Below are positions 37,003-46,204 of a stretch of 46,204 nt of DNA, in pieces. Position numbers and translations under genes: made by a program. The stretch is from Nemertoderma westbladi. Lineage: Eukaryota; Animalia; Xenacoelomorpha. The DNA lies in the NCBI GenBank assembly GCA_032718475.1, contig JAUCBJ010004836.1, positions 1 through 46,204 on the forward strand. The letters run 5' to 3'. Position 1 is the stretch's first letter. Each line of letters begins with the position of its first letter. A model generated the notes under the pieces. That model did not search any database and was not told where the DNA came from. It saw only the letters and a program-made list of their open reading frames with translations.

Positions 37003-37211
37003 ATCATCAAGAAAATGTTGGACCGAGCACTCCCTTAATGTTGGCATTACCACAGAGATTGTAACGTTTTCGCCATATTCGTTTATTATAGTGTGATTAA
37101 CAACCTCCCCAGGTAGGGGTAACTCTTCTGTATAATTCCCTTGGAAGGCCGTAAAAATTGTCTCATTGTTTTCTTTCAAGCAAGCCTCGTTACTTGTGTG
37201 CGCCTTGAAAC
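37003..37211 (-). CDS. SLC6 transporter exon (GFKAHTSNEAC...ECSVQHFLDD; long glycosylated EL4)
   Basis: gattag acceptor, gtaagt donor, 209 bp, phase 1 to 0; four NxT sites and two Cys, as in B0AT-type EL4. Confidence 0.92.
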
Positions 37212-37434
37212 CTAATCATAACAAAAAAACATTTAATTCTCAAATGAATTGGATTTATAACGAACCTGTCTTTAAACTGGATAGTTTTTTCTAAATCTGA
37301 GCCTTTTTGTCTGTTTGTTTGTATATTTATTTTATTGATATTGTATAACAACCAAATGGCTTCAAACCTCTTGCACGTATTGGAAAATTATAAACGCAAC
37401 TATTTATCTAGTTGTTGAATAAAAAAGATTGTGT

Positions 37435-37633
37435 GCGATCGAGTAAACCCTTTCACTCTGATTCCCAAGTTGCCTTGGTTCCCATTTATCGACCACTGAA
37501 GGATGAAAGCCAGGGTTGGGCTAGGCTGCAACATTTAAATCACTGTGCCCAAATAGTGCTACCCCATCTAGAGATCGAACCGGTGCCCCCTAAATGGAAG
37601 CCCAGGAATGTCACCACTAGACCAAGCTGCTGC
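37435..37633 (-). mobile_element. tRNA-derived SINE, same family as 29152
   Basis: Reverse complement aligns along its length; B box GGTTCGATCTC. Confidence 0.8.
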
Positions 37634-38494
37634 TTGGAATATTTGCATAATAATAATTAATATTTGCATATTATCAACATTATGGAACGCGAAATTAAAT
37701 ACTCACAACTACACTTTGACACTGAACAACATTTCACTAATAACGAACCTGCATATTAATAGTAAGCCAGGTTAGTTCTTCTCAAGAGTTGAGCCGTTCA
37801 AAAACACGATGTGGTTATTTATATATATGTGTATGTATAACCATCCAATATCTCAAAAACTTAAGCAGGTAAGCAAAAATTTTAAAAGCAAACTCTACAT
37901 GAATTTTGGTTTCGCTCTAATTTTTTTGGAGTCACTGAAAAATATCGGTTTTGAAAATTAAATGTCGAATTTCAACGATTTCAACTTATCGAATATGCAC
38001 CAACTATTTTATTTGGGATATTCAGTCATCTGATGAGCAACATATTTTAGCCTCAGAATCTTTTCAAATATCGCCAATCTCGCACATAATGTCGCCAAAA
38101 TTTGTTAGTCCTGCAAAACAACGCACTAATTCGTTTAAAAGAGTAAATTATTGGTTGTAGAATAATGTAATTCAACTAGAAAAGTCAGCAAGCTGCCTGC
38201 CTATAAGGAGACCGTCCATAGAGACCGTACATACTATATACATAACATAAAATTATTATAATAAAAAATTGCAAACAGTTAAATTACCTTGAAATAAGTG
38301 CCGGAGCATTAAAATTTAAATGAAATGTGAAATTAAAATTTAACTAAAGGTTAGTTCTGAGTTTGTTTATATATGATTTATATAGTGAAAAGGACAACAC
38401 AGCAAGATAGCAAAGCTGGTACGTGGCTGTGCGCCGTTTAGGAGATTATGGACGAACTTAATACAATAGGCCTACATGTGTTCATTAGAATTAC

Positions 38495-38980
38495 TAAATG
38501 AATTGGAGTTGAGCTGTTAAGCAACTGTAATTAACGATGTAATATTATGGTTTTGTTCAGAAGTGGAAAAAATGAGAAAGTGCGTCACCGGGGGTTGACC
38601 CAGCGCTATACGTACGATTCAGCCTATCAGGCATCATCAGTAACGCTAACCAGTTCAGCCACTTGCCCCTGACATTCACTATCCCACCTAACCCACTTCT
38701 ATTGAACAGGCATTCTTAAGTTGCATATCCTATCTCTAACAGCGGACCTACCGGCCTCAAGTATGTTAGAGTGAAACAGGAGGGAAGTACAAATAAATAT
38801 ATATTCAGCTCGAGTATTGCTGCCAGGTGATATTAATAAATGAATTGGAGTTGAGCTGTTAAGCAACTGTAATTAAAGATGTAATATTATGGTTTTTTCA
38901 GATTTTCAGATCTGGTTCAAACCCCGGTGACGCGCTTTCTCATTTTTTCCACTTCTGAACAAAACCATAATATTATAATT
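38495..38980 (-). mobile_element. Retrozyme-like repeat: 342-bp unit, partial second unit and an inverted fragment
   Basis: taaatgaattggagttgagctgttaagcaactgtaattaa at 38495 and 38837; 38912-38980 is the inverse of about 38540-38601. Confidence 0.65.
38602..38647 (-). ncRNA. Minimal type I hammerhead ribozyme (this copy mutated) between Pol III A and B boxes
   Basis: AGCGTTA-CTGATGA-tGCCT-gat-AGGCt-GAAt-CGTACG-TA-TAGCGCT: 7-bp stem I, stem II, palindromic stem III. Confidence 0.7.
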
Positions 38981-39105
38981 ACTACCATATACTTTGTAAT
39001 TAAATTTAAAGCACCGCATAAAAATATATGAATTCATATAAATGATAATCCATCTGTACACGTAGGTGCGACATTTGAACGAAAAATTACATCGATACAT
39101 GGTAC

Positions 39106-39615
39106 ATGCATATCATGTTAAAAGGGGAAAAGCCACCACCAACTTGGACTAAAGGTCAATTAAAGCCTCTCCCCAAGAAAGGAGACCTCGGTATACCAAC
39201 AAACTATCGTGGGATCTGTCTGCTTGTGGTAGCTGCCAAAATATACAATAAAATGATTCTATATAGAATTAGGCCTCACATAGAGAAACTACTGCGTGCG
39301 TAAGAGCCAAAACGGATTTCGACCATGTAGATCAACAGTAGCTCAAATACTTGCACTACGGAGACTGATTGAAGGAATTAAGTCAAAGAATCTCCCCGCA
39401 GTCATGACTTTTGTGGACTTCAAGAAGAGAAGAGGCATTCGACTCCATCCATAGAGGCAAAATACTTGAAATCCTAAGAGCTTATGAAATACCAGAAGTT
39501 GCTGGCATTGGAGAGTTATATTGTGACACAGAAGCGCAGGTACTCTCACCAGATGGTGAAACTGATTTTTTCTTCTGGCTGGGGTACTGCAAGGTGACTT
39601 TGTAATTGTGCTGGA
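39106..39615 (+). mobile_element. RTE LINE (second family), 5' part of RT
   Basis: PLPKKGDL...NYRGICL, QNGFRP, FVDFK, AFDSIHRG, GVLQG; interrupted at VIVLD. Confidence 0.88.
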
Positions 39616-42428
39616 CGGTCAGGGCCCTAAACCGATTAGGTTCTCTGTTCGCAGAACACCGAACACTATTCCGGCCACGGAACTAGTCCAGCAGAATGCC
39701 TTTATAGAATCCTGGGATTTGTGGGACGAGAGGATCTCAGCAACTAAGCGAAAACGAACAATAGGATGTTCCTAGACCCCCCCCCCCCCCCCCCCCAAAA
39801 AAATTTATCTAGAAGACTTTTTCCCATATAAATTACGTTTCAAAAGTCTACGGTTCTCCGGCTAGGGCCAATTTGAGTCAAAAAGTCCGCTTCCCTAGCA
39901 ACCACGTTGCTATGGAGCTACAGCCAAAACGGCTAATGCTACGGAGTTGGGACCGGCGCCAATCGATAGGCAGCATATGGGTTTACCTTCACAACTTCGA
40001 GTTTGAAGTTGCCCGATCAAGATCTTGACCGTGATCAGCAAAGATCAGTTTTGATCAGGGATCGGACACTCAAGGCTTGCTCCAATCGAAAAACTTAACA
40101 TTACAAAAAGATTCAGCGACCCCACATTAGTCATGATTCCCGTTAAAATATTTTAAAAAAAGTGAATTCTTCCCGGTCAAAACGCAAGATCATGATCGCG
40201 CAAAGATCGGACTTCGTAAAATCGTAACTAAGCATTTTGGATATAAACAATTACTGTAGGAAACGTTCAGAACACCGCCCTGAGTCGATTAAAAAAAAAA
40301 TTTGCTCGATCGGACAACCGGTTCTCGAGATCTGATACCTGATCATTAAAGATCAGATTTTTTAGTTTTTTCGGATTTTCTCGAAACCTTTGTTTGAGAC
40401 CCCCGATTTTTTTTTTACGAATCGACTTCTATGATGAAGGGGCAACTTTTGAGCATTTCGAAATTTTCAAAAAGCGATTTGATCAGGCCGCGATCAGAAA
40501 AGATCGTGTTTTCTGTTTTATTTCGAAGACCAAGTCCTGGGAGTTCACCGTATGGAAAAACTTAACATCACAAAAAGATTCCTCACCCTCGAATTATGGG
40601 GGGTAGCCAAAATTTGGGCATAAAAAAGTTCAAGTCTAGTGGGTCAAAACTCAAGATCATGATCGCGAAAAGATCAGTATATTTAAAATCGAATCTAAGC
40701 ATTTTTCTAATAAACATTCATTCTAAGAAATGTGCAATGGTCTATTCTGAGTTGATTAAAAAAAAAATTGGCTCGATCGGGCAACCAGTTCTCGAGATCA
40801 GCTTCCTGATCATAAAAGATCGTGTTTTTCTGTTTTTCCCGATTTTCTCGAAAACGTTGTTTGAGACCCCCAATTTTTTTTTTACGAATCGACTTCTATG
40901 GTGAAGGGGCAACTTTTGAGCATTTCAAAATTTTCAAAAAGCGATTTGATCTGGCCATGATCAGGAAAGATCATGTTTTCGGTTTTATTTCGAAGACCAA
41001 GTCCTGTGAGTTCACCGTATGAAAAAACTTAACATTACAAAAAGATTCCTCACCCTCGAATTAGGGGGGGTAGCCAAAATTTGACCATAAAAAAGTTCAA
41101 TTCTAGGGGGTCAAAAGATCATGATCGCGAAATGATCAGTTTTTTCGAAATTACTTCTGAGCATTTTGGGGCAAAACTTTCAAACTAAAAAACATTCACT
41201 GGAGTGTTCTAAGTAGATTAAAAAAAATTTCGACTCAATAGGCCTACCGGTACCGGAGATATGGTCGTCCAAAGTCTGCTTCCGGTAATTCGAAAATATT
41301 TCGAAAACCCTTGATCGAATTTTTTCCTTGAAAATATGTGAATGTACAGTTAGTGGACCCGCATCTAACGATATATCACAATCCATATTTCGGATGACAG
41401 GTACCGGTGAAATCAGACTTTACCGAAAAAAATTCAAATTTTAGCTACTCATGTCTGACTATCTCGAAAACTATAATAGGTATGGAAATACTTTCACTGC
41501 AAGAAATGTTCGCCTATCCAATGCGCTTCTAACTCTGTGCTCGGATTTTGCATAGTGTCAAAACCTACAACTTAACCCCCCCAGCGGAGGGAACGGAGTG
41601 ACCGGAGCGCCAGTACTATCTTTCATTATTATGAAGTAATAAGGGCGGTGGGTGGGGTAGGTGGTGAACACTATTTATAGGGTGGAGGGAGGGTCTAGTA
41701 TATTACTTTAGGATATTTGATTTCTTTGCAATATAGTTTAGCTGCCTCAGTCTTATTTGTAATATGTTATACATTATATCAAATTATATAAAGTTTTAAC
41801 ATACTACATTGTCTACCTGTAGGAGAAATATACAATGTAGGGCTCATAATATATTTATAAATAGATTTAGTATATTTACATTGTATAACAGAGTTAATTG
41901 ATACTATTACGGTATTATACTAAAGACGCCGCTTTGATATATCTGATCAAATGGCAATTTCTTGTATATTATCTATTTCACTATCTTGGGTATATCATTC
42001 AATTTCTAAAACTATAATAATAAACATTTACTTCACTTCTTGTTTACTCGCATGGATATATTGATATAAAACACTTCAGTATAATATCTTATAGGGCCAA
42101 ACACAGATTAATCGGAATAATATGTTTAATTATTATTACAATTGGCACATTGAAGTAAGTAGTACATGAGTTTGATAAAATAATTATGAATCTGTATCTT
42201 ATTCTACTTTGTCTATATGATTATGTTATATAATAATGTTACTTTATCACTTTGGTTTAAACCGATCTCCTTTACTATTACTTACTACTTATACTACTAC
42301 TACTACTACTATTACTACTACTGCTACTGACTACTACAGAGTTATATATTATAAGAGGATGGGGTTCGTGATTATTAGTTATTATACAAGTGCCCCTCGG
42401 CTATAGAGAGTCCACCCTCGGTTGCTTA
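39616..42428. mobile_element. 2.8-kb non-coding insertion splitting the RTE, with 467-bp internal tandem repeats
   Basis: Flanked by CTGGA (39611-39615, 42429-42433); cttaacat at 40094, 40561 and 41028; (TAC)n near 42300; no TIR seen. Confidence 0.7.
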
Positions 42429-43287
42429 CTGGATTACACAATGAGGACGGCCACAAAGGGTGAAGATCTGGGATTCACACTTCAAGAACGCAGAAGTAGT
42501 AGATATCCGGCAACTACAGTCACAGACACCGACTTTACGGATGACATCGCCCTGCTGCTCTCTAAGCTAGCAGATGCACAGCTTCTACTAAATAAAGTGG
42601 AGAGGGCTGCTAAGGAGGTTGGATTGCATATAAATGCTACCAAGACCGAATTCATGACCTTTAATGTTGATGGAAACTTGACAACCATTAATAGTAATCA
42701 ACTAAGGAAGGTTGACGACTTCCAGTACCTTGGGTCATGGATAGAGAGTAGCAAAAAGACATAGAAGTTATGAAAGCAAATGCATGGGTAGTTCTATTAA
42801 ATATTGATACCGTATGGAAATCAGACACCTCTGCAGGCATCTGAAGACCAAATTACTTCAAGCCCTATAGTGGAAAGTTTACTTTTATACGGGGGTGAGA
42901 ACTGGACACTGACAAAATTACTTAACGAATTTATGGTTGTTTCAAAGAGTACTAAGGGAAACCATAAAATGAGCTGGAGACAACACATAACAAACACAAA
43001 GCTTTATGGTAGTACCACCTATATCAAGATTAAGATTAAGCATGCAGATTAAGATTCAGTGGGCACTGCAGGAGAATTAAACTTGAGGTCATACCAGATC
43101 CACTTTTCTGGCAACAAGGAAAGCATAGCTGTGGACGACAGGCTATGACATATATATAGACCAACTTGAAAAGGATACTGGACTTGAGAGAAACGAAATT
43201 GCGAGTATGGAATCTCCAAATATGGAGAAGGGGCAATTCATTTCCATTGTCCGACTCGCTCGACCTAGTAGTAGTAGTAGTAGCAGT
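42429..43287 (+). mobile_element. RTE LINE (second family), 3' part with (TAG)n tail
   Basis: LDYTMR...DTDFTDDIAL...FQYLGSW; tail at 43266-43287. Confidence 0.88.
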
Positions 43288-43641
43288 AAATATGGCAATT
43301 ATTTAATTTTGATCTGGGCAAGAATTCAAATCGTCAAAAAGTATATTTATCCTTTAGGTAGTGTATCTGGCAGCATTAATTGTTTAGATTTTAAAGATTA
43401 TTTTGAGATAATTATATACAGATAATATACAGAGATTCAAAAATTGGGATTTTCGAAAAATTTACAAATATCAAAATAACAAACAAATTCCTTTAAACAA
43501 ACCATCAAGGTAAACAAACCACCACCCATTTATTAATAGTATGTTAGTGCTTTCAACGGTAATACAAGAACAGCGACAATTTTAACCAGTAACCATTACA
43601 TTATATTAAATTACGGTAACAACGCATTTACTTGAACCTAC

Positions 43642-43843
43642 CGAGAATGCTAAAGACCACGGTTCCAGCGTAGATGGAAGTAAGACAGTTAATTATTGAG
43701 ACACGGATAGCGTCACGGAAGGTGTTGTTACCAGGTGGATTATAGCTGGACATCGCAATGAGGCCACCAGAGGAGAGCGAGAGAGAGAAGAAGATTTGGG
43801 TTGCTGCCTCCAACCAAACTTCAGGATCCCCCAATCGATACCA
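43642..43843 (-). CDS. SLC6 transporter exon (TM6-TM7: WYRLGDPEVWLEAATQIFFSLSL...SSYN...VFSILG)
   Basis: atgcag acceptor, gtaggt donor, 202 bp, phase 0 to 1. Confidence 0.96.
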
Positions 43844-44269
43844 CTGCATGAAACATATAAACTTGTTATTATAACTTTTGTTTGGCAAAGCTTTGCAAAG
43901 TCGGCAAATGTTGGATCTAACTGGTTACCTCCGGGTTGGAAATCTTACACTCTAACCATTCAACTAGCGGCTCAGGTAAAAGGGAGACATAGAAATACTA
44001 CCTGATACCTTGTTTGTCCGCAAAAATTTACCTCCTCGTGGCCTCCCATCTGTCAATACCTTAATCTGTTGTAACTGTGCTCAACCCTACTGTACTTGGC
44101 CCTCTTTAACCACTCGCTACATGTTAGTAGATTTCGTCAGGTGGTGAGAGTTCGAAATCGTACTAATCATACGTTTAGTTAAATATCGACCTGCCGTCTT
44201 TCACTTTCACTCTGATTTCGGTCAGGGATATCTTTTTGGCGGTAACGGGCGCTGTTACCGCCAAAAAGA

Positions 44270-45495
44270 AATCAGAATAGAACATCAGAAAACGGAAGTC
44301 AGAAACCGGAAGTCAGAAAATGGAACTCAGAAAAAAAGAAAAAAGAAATGAAAGTGAGAAAAAAGAAAAGGAAGTGAGAAAAAAGAATTGGAAGTGAGAA
44401 CAGAGAAATAGAAGCCAGTAAATGGAACTCAGAAAATGGAACTCAGAAATTAGAAGTCAGTCTGTCTGTCAGTCTGACTTTCAGACAGTAGCTTATTAAT
44501 TATCCCATCCAGCATTTCATTCCCAGGCGATGATGCTTATATTCAGGAACCTAGCAAGGCCTTGGCAGGCACCGGTATCTCTAGCCAAGGCTATGGATCT
44601 ACTTATTTATGTTCATATTTCTATTTTACAGCGCTGCAGTACGGGTACCGGTATAATATTGACAGAATACAATTATTTTAAATATTGCAACCCCCACTTC
44701 AAATATTTAATTTTGAGCCAGATAAGATTCCCCTAGTACCAGTACGTAGGAGAGATTTACACGATTCGATTATTATACTGGTGGTAGAGTCTGTATTTAG
44801 GGTTAACAATTTAATATAAGTTAATCAAGGTCTTGCATGCTTATATAAAGTATTTATGAGCACTTTTCCCCGTATTTTCTAAACCTCTTCCTATTTTGGG
44901 CGTTGCCTAGCATTGCCCAGCTGGATATAAATAGCACATGAGATATATTGCACTTTCTGACTTCCATATTCTGACTTCCATATTCTGACTTCCGTTTTCT
45001 GACTTCCATTTGCTGCCTTCCGTTTTCTGACTCCCATTTTCTGACTTCCGTTTTCTGACTTCCATTTACGGACTTCCATTTTCTTACTTTCATTTTCTGA
45101 CTTCCATTTGCTGCCTTCCGTTTTCTGTCTCCCATTTTCTGACTTCCGTTTTCTGACTTCCATTTACGGACTTCCATTTTCTTACTTTCATTTTCTGACT
45201 TCCATTTGCTGCCTTCCGTTTTCTGACTCCCATTTTCTAACTTCCGTTTTCTTACTTCCAATTTCTGACTTCCATTTTCTGACTTTCTCACTTCCATTTT
45301 CAGACTTTCACTTTCTGGCTTCCATTTTCTGACTTCCATTTATTTTTTTTCACTTCCACTTTCTGACTTTCATTTTTCTTTTCTGACTTCAATTTTCTCA
45401 CTTCCTCTTTCTTGCTTCCATTTTTCTGACTTCCTTTTCCTGTTCTGGCTTCCATTTCAATTTTCTGACTTCCATATTCTGAGTTCCGTTTTCTT
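44270..45495. repeat. Two inverted arrays of a 15-bp repeat (ttctgacttccattt), foldback-like
   Basis: About 44280-44460 carries ggaagtcagaaaat units; about 44955-45495 carries the reverse complement. Confidence 0.85.
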
Positions 45496-45814
45496 GCTTA
45501 TCACATGACCATGCTAGCACTCACGTATATTAATGTTAAGCTATTGTTTGGTGTATATTATTTATCTGTACAGTGCATTATAACCAACCTACATAGGTAA
45601 CTGCATCCTAATAGTATGCCATCACCAATAGATAGAGAGAGAAAGATTAATTGAGACAAAGTAACCAATTAATCAAAATGGCATCAGCCAATAGCAGAAC
45701 AGCTGCCCTGAAACCTCATTGTTCAGGGCAGAAACCATTAGCCCTCTCTGAATCTAACAGTTTATCTAGCAATATATTTATCCTCACCCATGTCTCCATA
45801 TTGAATGCACTCAC

Positions 45815-45925
45815 CTCGGGTGTGAACATTCGAGATAATCCATCCGCACATCCCGGAAGAGTAATACCCCGAAAGAAGAATATTGTTAGCACGAGGTAGG
45901 GAAACGAAGCCGTGAAATAGACAAC
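45815..45925 (-). CDS. SLC6 transporter exon (TM5: [37 protein letters not shown])
   Basis: tatag acceptor, gtgagt donor, 111 bp, phase 0 to 0; not in the ORF-track frame. Upstream exons lie beyond the window. Confidence 0.96.
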
Positions 45926-46204
45926 CTATACGATGAAACAATTGCACTTACACATTATGCAAAACATTATTAATAATGAATTTAATTGTTGCTGAAATAA
46001 TTAAATTCTTTTTAAATTAATCATTGAACCAAATCCCTTTAAAATGTTATCTTATAGTCAAGTACAGAGACAGGGGGGGGAAATTTGACGCAAAACCCGC
46101 CTTGGCGAATTAATATCCCGCCTCAATGATAAATTATCAATTTAGGGAAGGAGCAGGTTACAGTGGTACGTTATTTTAACCAAAACAATAAACTAAACAC
46201 AATA

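Noticed and set aside
44854-45339. 161-aa MEVRKWKSE repeat protein
   Set aside because: Translation of a 15-bp tandem repeat inside an intron, open in several frames.

Overview
AT-rich metazoan (probably marine invertebrate) genomic DNA, not prokaryotic. The window holds the 3' part of a minus-strand SLC6 (B0AT/SIT-type) amino-acid transporter gene: 7 exons from 45925 to the stop at 12684, all with GT-AG boundaries and matching phases. Its introns and downstream flank are packed with transposons. The largest is a young 11.96-kb BEL/Pao LTR element (13773-25734; 1231-bp LTRs about 99% identical; ACCAT target-site duplication, TSD). It keeps gag and protease, has lost RT and integrase by in-frame deletions, and carries an extra unknown ORF in the env position. 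Top candidate novelty: this element has no tRNA primer-binding site (PBS). Instead, the 12 nt abutting the 5' LTR are exactly complementary to a 12-mer inside the LTR, which is Tf1-like self-priming geometry. Second: a dispersed repeat family in which a minimal type I hammerhead ribozyme sits between tRNA-like A and B boxes in a 342-bp unit (retrozyme/SMalpha-like). Also present: an Academ DNA transposon, four RTE LINE copies, a CRE-like endonuclease fragment, tRNA-derived SINEs, a MITE, a 69-bp minisatellite that appears to derive from coding sequence, and an orphan ORF near the left end. Everything was read by eye; family names come from motif recognition, not database searches.
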